Under the pieces are notes generated by a model. That model was not told the DNA's origin. It ran no database searches and worked only from the letters and a program-made list of their open reading frames with translations. A program made the position numbers and the translations under genes. A DNA stretch of 63,089 nt, the filler included, from Octopus bimaculoides (lineage: Eukaryota): assembly GCF_001194135.2 (NCBI RefSeq). It is 5 parts of 5 records of this genome, joined end to end, with 100 filler letters (N's around TTAATTAATTAA, not from the genome) between each part and the next. Parts side by side here need not be neighbours in the genome. Positions count along the whole stretch, not along the records: positions 1 to 30,069 come from NC_068990.1; 4 more parts are not named here. One strand, written 5' to 3'. Of this stretch, positions 12,544-25,389 are shown one piece after another. Every line of letters begins with the position of its first letter. Within the stretch, counting starts at the first letter, position 1.

Positions 12544-15064
12544 TTAGTTATATAGATTATTGAACCATCAAATGAAAGCATCCGAAAGAAATGAAAAGAT
12601 GATTTTTCATTCATTGTGTGAAACGTGATACATTTTATGTAAGCAATCAGAACAAAAGCTTTCGCTTTCGTCTGGTCACTGCACTGAGTGTTTTGGTTCT
12701 TGTGTTTACTATGACTTGCCTTTTCTATAAGTTTCTTGCTAAGCTAATGTATCATGGGAAACGTCAGCTGCAATACTTCGATATTGATGTTTTGATTAAA
12801 TTATAAAACACCGAAATAATAGAATCAATAAAATACATCTATTTCTCAACAATTTGATTTATTTAACAATAAAATTTTCAAATTTTGTTATCGCTAATTA
12901 TTATCTATTTGCTTATCAATTTATTCGTATTTTCCTTTAATATCAGCGAATTGCAAATATCTTATAAAATTATTAGATATTTATAATTTGATAATATTAA
13001 AATTATTCATAAAATATTAGGGCTATTTTCTTTTTTCTGGCTTCGTAAGTTTACAGAGCATACATTTTGATTCTAGTTTACTTAACTGAAGGCAGGTGAA
13101 ATATGTTTTCTCCAGTTCATCTCTGGTAGGAAGCGCAACCCCTGTCGTAATCATTCCATGTGAAGAGTTGAAATTCAATACTGCAAGGCAATGAAATTCT
13201 CGTCATTCATCTCGATAGATTCGCTCTCACGAAATGTGGAAATGAACAGGCAACATTGCAACACCACGGATGCAACACAAACCACCAAAAACTAGGCTGA
13301 TTGTGCAGTATCATATCAATGAAATATTCTACAATTCTCCAGTAATAAGCTGGCTCTCGCTTCGTCTCTTTTTCTCCCTCTTTTTTCTTTCTCCTTCTCT
13401 TTCTCGTTCTCTCCCTATCAATCTATTTAACAGTCTGCTCCCCCACTCATTGTATTTTCAGTTCCATGTCTTAATTAGTGGTTAATGAAATATTCATGAC
13501 GTTAGACTTGATTAGTCATCCTAGGTTTTTTATGAGGGTGAAAATATAAAAGCAACTTCCTGTTTAGAGGAATGACTATTGTGTGAGAGCATAAATATTA
13601 ATGGGCAAAACCGAGATTTGTCTTTTAGTGTACATGAGACAAAAAGAAAAGAAATAAAAGCATGGAAGGCGAGTCGAGAAACGAAATTGTGGGGAAGAAG
13701 ACGATAAAAATTAGAAAAGTAGGGGTGTTGAAAATAGAAACCACCCAGTTAATTAGAAATAATATGCGAATACACACTCTTGCGCGCGTGTAAATAAATG
13801 TAAGTAACCTGCCGAACATACGTTAATGAATAGGTTGTAGCAAGGAGAAAGAAGCTCTTATAAATTGACATGCGAAGATGTTAGTAGATCTATTTGGCCG
13901 GGTAGTGATAGTGCGATCCTCTCACACCATAAGCATTTATTAAAAGTGTCTACATTTTCCGAATATCTCGGGTCTATTTTTTATGCGAAGATCAGAAATT
14001 TGAAGCTTTCTTCATTTCTTCAAAGTTCACATTCTTAATTCAAGTCTTATCATCCATTTGAAGCAATTGGAATAGTTTTCGTTAAACTGTCAGAGAAAAT
14101 TGTTAATATCGTCTCATCCCACTTTTCAATGTATATAAAATTATGATTATGATATTAGTTTGTTCAAATTTTACTTCGTTCATGCTTATGTAGCGTTTAT
14201 GTACTACATTGATGATAAATTTAATGATTTCTACACCACAAAGCGTAGCGATATGTGTGTGCTAGCAGTTTCAAAAGATTAGCATCCCTGCTAATGACAT
14301 CATTAAAATTAAATATTTGTTACCGGCAAATCCATTATAAAATTTAGTTGTGCTCATTAAATCATATTTAGGATTAACGGCTAAATTTAATTTATTGCAC
14401 ATAATTATAAAGTTAGTTGTGCGTTTAACTAGAACTTCTAATCTATGGTCTGGTTTTATTTACACTGAGGGTCGCATTTAAGATTAAAAAATAAATTTAT
14501 TCATTGCATCTAATTTTGAATTAAGCATTGCGTTTATCTGAAACTTTGTATTATCTCGTTTCATACTGCGCTCCATACATTTCTGCCTCAGTATTAAATT
14601 TATTATACGTTAGTGCGCTAGTTTCCTTTTTATGTAATTTCAGGTGAAACCATCATTGGATATCTGCTTCTTTAAATTATTGTTTACTTCATAGATTCCA
14701 TAGATTTTCTTGGAAGATATATTTTTTTTATTTAGAATTCTTGCTATGCATAAAGTTATTTCATATTTATGCTCCATGGAACTGTCATTCTTAATAATAC
14801 CATCCGGAAAGATCTTTTTGTTTTTATTATTTTCGAATGCTTACTCTTGTAAAAATTTCGAATAGCAAACACATCAATTCAGATGTATGTCTCATTAAAG
14901 AATAATTTATAATAATTTAGACATGAAACCTCGAGTAACTAACGTAGAATCAATACATATATATGCGCGCACGCACACAAACACACACACTATACACATA
15001 TATACACAACACAGATATATATATATGTATATATGTATATACACACACACACACACATACACTT

Positions 15065-15113
<49 letters not shown>

Positions 15114-16004
15114 NNNNNNNNNNNNNNNNNNNNNNNNNNNNNNNNNNNNNNNNNNNNNNNNNNNNNNNNNNNNNNNNNNNNNNNNNNNNNNNNNNNNNNN
15201 NNNNNNNNNNNNNNNNNNNNNNNNNNNNNNNNNNNNNNNNNNNNNNNNNNNNNNNNNNNNNNNNNNNNNNNNNNNNNNNNNNNNNNNNNNNNNNNNNNNN
15301 NNNNNNNNNNNNNNNNNNNNNNNNNNNNNNNNNNNNNNNNNNNNNNNNNNNNNNNNNNNNNNNNNNNNNNNNNNNNNNNNNNNNNNNNNNNNNNNNNNNN
15401 NNNNNNNNNNNNNNNNNNNNNNNNNNNNNNNNNNNNNNNNNNNNNNNNNNNNNNNNNNNNNNNNNNNNNNNNNNNNNNNNNNNNNNNNNNNNNNNNNNNN
15501 NNNNNNNNNNNNNNNNNNNNNNNNNNNNNNNNNNNNNNNNNNNNNNNNNNNNNNNNNNNNNNNNNNNNNNNNNNNNNNNNNNNNNNNNNNNNNNNNNNNN
15601 NNNNNNNNNNNNNNNNNNNNNNNNNNNNNNNNNNNNNNNNNNNNNNNNNNNNNNNNNNNNNNNNNNNNNNNNNNNNNNNNNNNNNNNNNNNNNNNNNNNN
15701 NNNNNNNNNNNNNNNNNNNNNNNNNNNNNNNNNNNNNNNNNNNNNNNNNNNNNNNNNNNNNNNNNNNNNNNNNNNNNNNNNNNNNNNNNNNNNNNNNNNN
15801 NNNNNNNNNNNNNNNNNNNNNNNNNNNNNNNNNNNNNNNNNNNNNNNNNNNNNNNNNNNNNNNNNNNNNNNNNNNNNNNNNNNNNNNNNNNNNNNNNNNN
15901 NNNNNNNNNNNNNNNNNNNNNNNNNNNNNNNNNNNNNNNNNNNNNNNNNNNNNNNNNNNNNNNNNNNNNNNNNNNNNNNNNNNNNNNNNNNNNATATATA
16001 TATA

Positions 16005-16105
16005 GTTAAAAAAAACAATAACAAAAAAACAAAAAAACAACAAAGTGAGGACGTGATATGGATAGTATTATTGGACGCTCAGGAAAGGAAAGAGAGAGAG
16101 TATGA
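16005..16105 (-). mobile_element. 101-bp repeat, sister of 31521-31621
   Basis: Reverse complement matches 31521-31621 with 4 mismatches by manual alignment; both copies end in (TA)n. Confidence 0.9.
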
Positions 16106-17208
16106 GAGGGTGCTGAAAAGATCCTGGCTTTGGGTAAAAAAAATACAGGGGGATCAGTTAATTATGATTTTATTCAAGGTATTCCCGTCTCAGATTCATA
16201 CACTTGTTTCAGAGATGCATCAGTTATTTTTAAGCCCTGTAAAAGAACTCGGAAGGTTGTTTCTTCAGCCAGGCCTTTCGTGACAACCTCTAAGTCAGTA
16301 ACTTTCCAGAACACTTGCGTATATATTAATATGTGTGTACCTGTGTATGTATCCGTGTGTTTGTGTATGTGTGTGCGTGCGCATGCGCGTGTGTACCTGT
16401 ATGTACGTTTCTTTGTATGTATATAGAGTACAGTATGGCCGAATGATTATGCAAACGGTAACAAGGATTCTTTCAGAATCCAGACATGCGTCGCAAGTCG
16501 TCTCAACTTCATTTGGTCTGATCTTACCAAACGGATGGATATGTATATTCATATCTAGTGACGGCTGTGCATGAGGTTTCAGTATGTGGATAACCCACTA
16601 TTTCAAACGTTAAATTATTCATTTGTTCGAATTCCTGGTAACAGTCATGAAAAGTATTATTAAATTTTAATTCCACACATAATTTCGTGAATTTATATTT
16701 GTTCGTTCGTCTATTATTTATATGGGCAATTTAAAACATAGCTATATTTTGGGCTTTTTTTATATAAAAAGTTACTCATTTTTGTTTTGATTGTACTTTT
16801 TATTTCTTTAATATACAGTAAAATACCTTTCATAAAANNNNNNNNNNNNNNNNNNNNNNNNNNNNNNNNNNNNNNNNNNNNNNNNNNNNNNNNNNNNNNN
16901 NNNNNNNNNNNNNNNNNNNNNNNNNNNNNNNNNNNNNNNNNNNNNNNNNNNNNNNNNNNNNNNNNNNNNNNNNNNNNNNNNNNNNNNNNNNNNNNNNNNN
17001 NNNNNNNNNNNNNNNNNNNNNNNNNNNNNNNNNNNNNNNNNNNNNNNNNNNNNNNNNNNNNNNNNNNNNNNNNNNNNNNNNNNNNNNNNNNNNNNNNNNN
17101 NNNNNNNNNNNNNNNNNNNNNNNNNNNNNNNNNNNNNNNNNNNNNNNNNNNNNNNNNNNNNNNNNNNNNNNNNNNNNNNNNNNNNNNNNNNNNNNNNNNN
17201 NNATGTAA

Positions 17209-17239
<31 letters not shown>

Positions 17240-17991
17240 TAACCTTACATGTAAATGCATTCAATATCAGTTTATGTGAGGAGCAGAGATAACATCTAGA
17301 TCAAGAATTCTGACATGTCATGATATAAAGTCTGATTGTTTAAAGATAAGTGAACTAATACATAGAATTTATGTTTTGCGCACGTTCCAGTCTATACAAT
17401 GACATTTACTTCGAGACAGTTTGAGTTTTGACGGCAGACTTTTAATGAGTATGTAACATTTATAAAATTATCATCTTGCAGTCCATATTATATATACCCT
17501 TTACTAATTAAGCCTCTGTGTGTGCACACGCGCTCGTGCATGCGCATATGTGTGTGTGCGTGCGTGCGTGTGTATGAGTGAGAGAGAGAGTATTGTCGGT
17601 GTTCTTCTTCGGTAATTGCTATGAAATATAATTGAAGAAAGCTAATTAAACAGTTAGAGTTACATGACTAATAGTGCCTGTCATTTGTCCTCAGCTACGT
17701 CAATACTTCCCAACTTTTATACCCTTTGAGAAATTGCACATCTCGGAGAACCTCTACATAAAAATTTACAATATCAGCATTATTAATATTTTTCTTTATT
17801 TATCATAATGTAAATTTCCTAAGATATCACTAAATCATAAAACTGTCTTTGAAAGTCTGTCGGGCTTCGTAAGTTTATAGAGCATACATTTTAATGTGAG
17901 ATACACAAGGATATTGTATTTATATAAAATGTCTATACACATACTCATACATACTCACATGTACCCGTTTGCATGTTCAGATATGTATACA

Positions 17992-18067
<76 letters not shown>

Positions 18068-18815
18068 NNNNNNNNNNNNNNNNNNNNNNNNNNNNNNNNN
18101 NNNNNNNNNNNNNNNNNNNNNNNNNNNNNNNNNNNNNNNNNNNNNNNNNNNNNNNNNNNNNNNNNNNNNNNNNNNNNNNNNNNNNNNNNNNNNNNNNNNN
18201 NNNNNNNNNNNNNNNNNNNNNNNNNNNNNNNNNNNNNNNNNNNNNNNNNNNNNNNNNNNNNNNNNNNNNNNNNNNNNNNNNNNNNNNNNNNNNNNNNNNN
18301 NNNNNNNNNNNNNNNNNNNNNNNNNNNNNNNNNNNNNNNNNNNNNNNNNNNNNNNNNNNNNNNNNNNNNNNNNNNNNNNNNNNNNNNNNNNNNNNNNNNN
18401 NNNNNNNNNNNNNNNNNNNNNNNNNNNNNNNNNNNNNNNNNNNNNNNNNNNNNNNNNNNNNNNNNNNNNNNNNNNNNNNNNNNNNNNNNNNNNNNNNNNN
18501 NNNNNNNNNNNNNNNNNNNNNNNNNNNNNNNNNNNNNNNNNNNNNNNNNNNNNNNNNNGGTAGGTAGGTAGGTAGGTAGGTGGGTAGGTAGGTAGGTACA
18601 CGATCAAAATTATCAGTACGATGCTTGGATAATTACAAAGTGTTAATTATGGTCTTAGGGAAATTCTTTTTTTTTTCTTAAATATATAATTTAGGAATTA
18701 TGTACTGGGATGAACTATATGAATGGATAGTTATGGAGGTGGGTAGCATGTGCGAGTCGACTGAAGATGAGTGTGTGCGTGTGTATATGTGTGTCTATAT
18801 ATATATGCGTGTGTG

Positions 18816-18863
<48 letters not shown>

Positions 18864-20647
18864 CATATATATATATATAGTATATATATATAGAGAGAGA
18901 GGGGGAATGATAGGTAGTCACACAGGCGGAGAGATAGATAGATAGATATATAGATAGACACATGCAAACTGATGTACAGTCAGTGAGGGAGCATATCAAA
19001 GAAGCATTTTTATTCATTTCATTCCATTATTGTTATTATTTTTTGCTATTAGATCTCTTCTATAAACGTCAAAACTACTTCTATATTTTGTATAGAAACG
19101 ATTTTTTTCTTTTAAAGTAACGTTTGTAGTAGTGAGGGAAGTAAGGTATATACGTAACTTACTTTAATACTCAATTATTTTTGTCTAAATTCTTTTCTAT
19201 CTGAAAAATGTGATATGATGAGAATTGTTAACAGTGAAAAGAAAAATAATTTAAAATATTTATTGAATTCATCTGAATTAACTTAATGTTAATTTTAATA
19301 AATTGAGAAAGAATGAAAATAAAATAGTTTGTTAACAAAAATATGAATTTTTTAGTAATACTTCACGGAAATTATGTATTGCAATCGGAAAGTGGTAGTG
19401 AAAAAGTATTTTCTGCATATTATGTTCAAAACAGTTTAGGCTGAAAGAAATGTTTGATAACGTAAATTATATTGTCTGAATTTTATTTGAAGCAAATTCA
19501 ATTTTTTCCTACATGTCAGAAACTTGAGAAAGTAACCATATGAATTTCTTGTGAAGTTGAAATTAATCTTGTCTGAAAAATTTTGAGAAATCGAAGAATC
19601 TTAAGATAATATTCTGTGTCAATTTATATAATATGCTGGACAGTTGATAGTTTTATTAGTTAAATCTATTTCAGCTTCTAACAATCTTGTTAAAGTTCAA
19701 ATGAAGATTTGGAGAATTAATCACGCTATATTAATATCTGTGTGTAGATATATGTTCACATAACCAGGCTCATACAGATACATATACACGTACACCAACA
19801 TACACACATATATATATTATTCTTTAATATGTTTGATAGGATTTTACCGTAATACAATATTCTATTCTGCGTGAATAAACGAGAAAGATACGAGATAACT
19901 TTTATGATTACAAATTTCAAACAATTCATATTTTAAAAATACTGTTCTGCTTCAGCGTACATTACTTTCAAAATTATTTTCTACTTTCAAGAGAACGAAA
20001 TATTGAAGAGATGGAAATAATCACTGCAACAATAGTTTTAAAAGATATTTCTATTCTTCTATTTATCATTATCATCATGTTTTATTGTAAGTTTCTGCAG
20101 CATCGCCAGTTTCACTTCGGTGTTCCTGAGACTTGAGCAGCATTTTCTATTGAAGAAGTACATTATTTTTCTTTTAGTCTTGTGCTTCTATACGCGTTTG
20201 CATCACTGTCTCATGTTCTAGTCTTTAGCACCACAGCACGCGAGAATGAAGGAAAAGGCTTTACCTTTAATACCGTGCAACTGCTGAATACAATTTGAAT
20301 GTACATTAATATCTGGCACCTGGAATGTTTTATGAACTTCTATATTAATTTCAATAACTGGTGAAAATAAACCTATAAACGTTCTGAGAACGCCTCTTTC
20401 TTTATTCGCTTTGCTTTATACACATACCTTTATGCAGCGGACTATAAGACATACTCTACTCTTAATTACCTGTCTGTCGTATTTGAATAACACAATGACC
20501 ACGTTATAGCATATTTATTATGAAATAAATATTCTGTAGTACCATATCAACAATAGTCAAGTGAGAAACAAATTTCCTCTCACAATATAAGCGACAACAT
20601 GACGCATCGCCCCGATCAAGAATCGAAACCACAGTCGCCTATTGATG

Positions 20648-20678
<31 letters not shown>

Positions 20679-21708
20679 CATGAGACTGAATGGTACTTCA
20701 GCCATTGAATAGAGTTATAAGATTGCATCTTTACATTGAATTATCTTCTGTTTAAAATTACATTTCTCAGTTATGTATGTATGTGGGTGTACGTATGTGT
20801 GCGCCTGTTTGTGTGTATATTTGCCTATTTATGTATATAAGTATCTATACGCGTGTGTATGTATGTATGTATGTGTGCGCGTGTGTTTAGATATGAATGT
20901 ATTTTTTGAAATATCCTTTATTCATGACGAAGTTGTGTTTTTTAGTGGTTTGTAATGGGCAAAATCAATATCTAATACGAGCTAAACCAATTAATGTGAT
21001 AACAAAGAAACCAGCAAGTAACGTTGACTTCTACTAAATTGTAGTTTCTGAATAATTCTGATTGGTAACATGAGAGAAGAGGTTTTCAAGTGGCGCACAT
21101 TCAGCCAAATTAGTTCTCTTCTTAAAACAACACAAAATTTGTCACGCTATACTATGGAGCGCGTGCAAGCTTTTCTACAGGCAAACTTTTCAGCTTTCAA
21201 GACTTTCAATAAAATCACTTGTGATTCTCTTTCTTTTTCTTATCAGTCTCTTTGTTTCTGTAGAAGTTTCTGAAGCAGCCAAGCCAAAATACAACCACGA
21301 TTAATGATGGCCATGGACTTTGAAAAAAAAAATCAGAAAGAAAGAAAAGATGTGTCACACTCTTCGTTCGTCTGTTCGTCCAATAGGATTAGTTAAGTGG
21401 GTTTTCTTGGCAGAATAATCAAGCTGATAATTAAATTTCACGCAACTTCATTTTTTTTAAAACAATGGTTGACTTTCAATTTATCCAGCTGCTCCCACAT
21501 TTGCAACCAAATCGTCTAGTACTAACAAAATAGAAATGATACAAAATCGCTGATTAGGTTGCCCATTGTAGGTGTCTATCCTGCCAAAGCAGACAGAGAG
21601 GGAATAAGATTGACGCCTAGACAGACCTGGAAAGAGTAAAATAACAATGGAAATTGTGAATTTTGAATACACACACATACGCAAGTACACACACACACAC
21701 ATATTTCA

Positions 21709-22002
21709 GTTGAATCAATGATTCTGAAAAACCAAATGGGATGGTCTGGTCATATTGTACGAATGGCGGATGAACGTACATCCAAACGGCTGTTTTATGG
21801 CGAGCTTGCAGAGGGGAAACGCTCTCGGTGTAAACCTAAAAAGAGGTTTAAGGACGGCATAAGGACTACCATGAAATAACTTGGAATGGATTCGAAGGCC
21901 ATAGAAATCCTTACTTCGGATCGAGCTAGATGGTGAGCAAAAGTGTGGAGTGGAGTGAAAGCTTTTGAGGAGGCCAGGATGACACATACAAGATTCAAGA
22001 GA
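21709..22002 (+). mobile_element. RTE/BovB-type LINE, C-terminal ORF2 fragment (pseudogene)
   Basis: VESMILKNQMGWSGHIVRMADERTSKRLFYGELAEGKRSRCKPKKRFKDGIRTTMK*LGMDSKAIEILTSDRARW*AKVWSGVKAFEEAR. Matches the RTE RW.GH..RM...R.PK...YGEL..GKR motif; stops at 21877 and 21934. Confidence 0.9.
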
Positions 22003-22348
22003 GATTTTAATTTTCAGCTAATTTACTATCATTATCCTGTATCCAGTTAATATTCTGTTTTTATATATTAATAAAAAAAACATTTATGCTCGTAAGTTCC
22101 TTTCATGTTACGATTCTTTCTAAACGTAGACTGATGTTTAAAAGAGGCAACAACATATCTGCTTTTCAATGAAAGAAATATACCTTTAGCTTCGAATTTA
22201 TACTAAAAATGTCTTCTACAAATAATTGAAAGATGATTATATGAAAACTTCACTTCTTTGTGATTGTGAAAAATCTTCTAAAGATATAACAAAAGCTTAA
22301 TTTGGTTTTAAGGCGGATGAAAACTGTCTTCCTAATAATTTACTCTGA

Positions 22349-23020
22349 CCGTTTGAAGACGATTTATTCAAAAATATTAAGTCTAGAAGAAATATCAACC
22401 AATTTTAGAAAGATCACAAGAACAATATCAAAAAGTAAAACTTACAATGTTTCTCAGAAATATAGATAAAACAAAAATACCTATATGAGCCCAAGAAAAA
22501 AATGATTTGTTTATATATAATTCAATCACAAATCCACGTAAATGATACCAGGAAAAGATAAAACCCAACAACAATGATTTTCATTTGTTCAGTTAAAAGA
22601 GAAACACCTATATGAGTTCAGCAAATAACTTATGATCATTTCATCTTCAACTCGATCACAAATATACTTAAAAAGAATAAATTATATCAATTCTAGAGTT
22701 TAACAAATTGTAATAAGACTAAATATAAATGATACAGTTCAATTTGGTAACTACATGATCATATTTCACACTTAAAGATCCTATTTCGAGTTTACCACAC
22801 ATTTTTAAACCAGACTGTCTAAAACTGATATAGGAATTATTAATGAAAAAGTGCTGAACTTCATCATTTTTTAAAATTAGTCTTCGATTACATCTACCAG
22901 TTTGAAACTATACAAACTCAGTAACATAATGGATTAACACAATACAGATTTATATATGCTTTTCCCCCAGAATGCTATGAAATCTTATTCTCCAGTTTCC
23001 AGTGATTTAATCGACATTCA
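22349..23020 (+). mobile_element. Decayed Penelope-like element, region N-terminal to RT motif A
   Basis: Ordered peptides across frameshifts: PFEDDLFKNIKSRR (22349), DKT..LYE, NSIT, YFTLKD (22762), SKTDIGIINEKVLNFI (22818), LPV*NYTNSVT*WINTI, YSPVSSDLI. These match the PFE.DL...IKFR / ADKT..LY / NSIT / F.TLKDHK / KSEIG.ISK.IL / NQWKNT..VI.WF pattern recalled for YRDD-type PLEs. Confidence 0.7.
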
Positions 23021-23107
23021 GAACTAGTCTCACCCTGTAAACGAGAACATTAAAACACTTTAAATCAGTTGTGCTTCTTATATTTTAACAGCAACAAAGC
23101 CTATTGT

Positions 23108-23350
23108 CTTGTTTAGAGCGTCGAGCACCCAATCATGAGGAAGTGAGTTCGATTCCTGTGTTTATTTCACTTTGCTCCAGTTAACTCAGCTGTAGAAATG
23201 AGTTGTGACGTCACAGGTGCCAAGCTGTATCAGCCTTTGCCTTTCTCTTGCATAACATCGGTGGCAAGAAGTGGGGAGGCTGGTATGCATGAGTGACTGC
23301 TGGTCTTACACAAACAACTTCGCCCGGACTTGTACCTCGGAGGGTAACTT
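23108..23350 (+). mobile_element. SINE family C with internal deletion
   Basis: GTTTAGAGCGTCGAGC...GAGTTCGATTCC then TTTATTTCACTTTGCTCCAGTTAACTCAGCTGTAGAAATGAGT. Confidence 0.75.
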
Positions 23351-23952
23351 TCTTACACTTTCGATAACTTTTATATCACATAATTTTCATTTTTTTACAA
23401 AGACAACATTTTCAACATGTGTAATTTACACAACTACTTTAGTTTTATCTTTGCAATTTAGTAATGATCTCTGATAAAAGGTATACAATAGTAACTGAAA
23501 AACCCATGACTTAGAATCTAGTAGGATACCTCAGTCAACGCTTTCATTTAATTGCTTAAACTCTGTCTCACTGTTCTACCATTAACTTTATTTATTCAAA
23601 TACTGAACTTACAACTTACAATTTCCTTTTAGACTCGCAATTAGAAGGTTTTATCAATTTCAGTTTTCCGTACTTTATTTTATTATAACTTCTTCAAGCT
23701 TACAAACCACAAAAATTTGCATTTCATTGCATTTTTTTCTTTATTTCAATCTACTTCGATATTATCTGGTAAGAACATACATTTTGCTTTAAATTCCAAT
23801 GTATCCACTTCACTACAATTTCTTCTAATACGATTGATATGTTTTATTCACAATACCATTGTTTCAATATATATAAAATGGTTCTCAACAACAAAATGTA
23901 ATTTGCCCATATGTATATTTATATAATATAAATATCTCAAAGATAATGCTTT

Positions 23953-23999
<47 letters not shown>

Positions 24000-24282
24000 T
24001 GTTATTTATTCCATTTTTTTACGTGTATTAATAATACTTTTCGAAAGAACATGAGACACGAAATTCTTTCAGATTCCGTTATTTGCAAGCTGCCTTTAAT
24101 ATATCAATTGATAGAATAATATATTAAATGTTTCTCGATTTTAAAACAAGACTACTTTATATTACAATATTCTATGCAATTTATGAGTAAGGAAACTCAC
24201 GAAAAAGCGACAAACTCCCATGTGTATCGGAAAGTCTGCGTGGAAATCGCATGTTAATGGCACTATAACATATTACCAAACT

Positions 24283-24603
24283 TTATGTGCTTTTTGTTTT
24301 GTAAACGGAGCTTGCACTGCACACAATCCACTTTATAAGTAAGGCAATGGCACAAAGAGATGGAACGACCGGATCATACCAAACTCTCCGGTATTCCGTC
24401 TTCCAGTCCTTCCCAACCAAAATAACACTGGCTAAACTCGGATATTCTTTACACCGGATAGATCTTCCCATAGTAACCAAAGATCCCAGACTAGCTTTCT
24501 CCAAGACAGGTATTTGATCCTCTGTGGGTTTTACTTCAAATATTGCAAAAGGTTCTAAATCTCCAACGGAGCTATTTTGCATTTGATCACAGGGACCACG
24601 AAA
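24283..24603 (-). CDS. Orphan open frame (106 codons) with a PD-(D/E)xK nuclease-like pattern; exon or pseudogene fragment
   Basis: FRGPCDQMQNSSVGDLEPFAIFEVKPTEDQIPVLEKASLGSLVTMGRSIRCKEYPSLASVILVGKDWKTEYRRVWYDP.... Non-repetitive and more GC-rich than its flanks (31/60 G+C in 24361-24420). Motif match is by eye only. Confidence 0.35.
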   Translation of the reverse strand, partial: FRGPCDQMQNSSVGDLEPFAIFEVKPTEDQIPVLEKASLGSLVTMGRSIRCKEYPSLASVILVGKDWKTEYRRVWYDPVVPSLCAIALLIKWIVCSASSVYKTKST

Positions 24604-25263
24604 TCAATAACACGAACTTTTTGAAAGCTGACTACAGCAGTACTAAGACTATAATTTCAGTTTGGGGAAATTTAAGAGAATGCTCGCTATAATTTTGATG
24701 ACAGAACATTTGTTGGAAACCTGGTTTAATAATTAATACGATATTAATTACGCACAACAAAACGTATATTTGGTAATTTAATATATGTTCGCGGTTTCTA
24801 TTAGGTGATCTGAATAGCAATGTATTTCATTTCCATTAAATTCCAGACCATCCAATGCATTCTGCATTGTATATAATTACTCAATAAATTAATTAATCCT
24901 GTTATTAATGAATGTACGATAATACAAATCAGTTTGGTGGTTTGAGCTGAGACATAGTGCGTGTTCCACATAAGTTATGCATTACAACCTCTCAATGTAA
25001 ACAACTTAAAACTCTTCCGTCGTTCACAGCTCGATGAGCGTCGCGTTACTTAACTGTAGTTTCACCAAGCGTTACGCATATCAGCAAACAGTTCGTGTGC
25101 CATCTTTTTTTTTTTCTCTCCTGAATTACGTATACTTCTATACTTATCCGCCAGGGAACAACTGAATTGGATTTCGTAGATAACAAAGCGGAACGACGCA
25201 GATATGTATGCGTATGTATGTGTGAATGTATGTATGTAGATATGAATATATGCCTATATGTAT

Positions 25264-25307
<44 letters not shown>

Positions 25308-25389
25308 ACATGGGTAAATTGTCGCCATTTTATATTTTTAATTACGCGCGTGCACATTGTTTGATTTTGATATTGCTGACTACACAGTA

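Noticed and set aside
14923-16283. Long ORFs in the track (up to 416 aa) here and at 17.9, 34.3, 44.2, 49.8, 52.5 and 56.6 kb
   Set aside because: They consist of N gaps and (TA)/(CA) translations ([12 protein letters not shown]).
17203-17250. 48-bp palindrome ATGTAAGGTT-(TA)n-AACCTTACAT
   Set aside because: Most of it is self-complementary (TA)n and it directly abuts a gap; a fold-back read artefact cannot be excluded.
21070-21702. ORFs 21070..21273 and 21481..21702 as exons
   Set aside because: Acceptor-like sites exist, but there is no convincing donor pairing or recognisable protein.
22345-22900. In-frame TGA codons in the old PLE fragment as selenocysteine
   Set aside because: One falls at an expected Trp position, and the fragment also has TAA/TAG stops and frameshifts; ordinary decay explains them.
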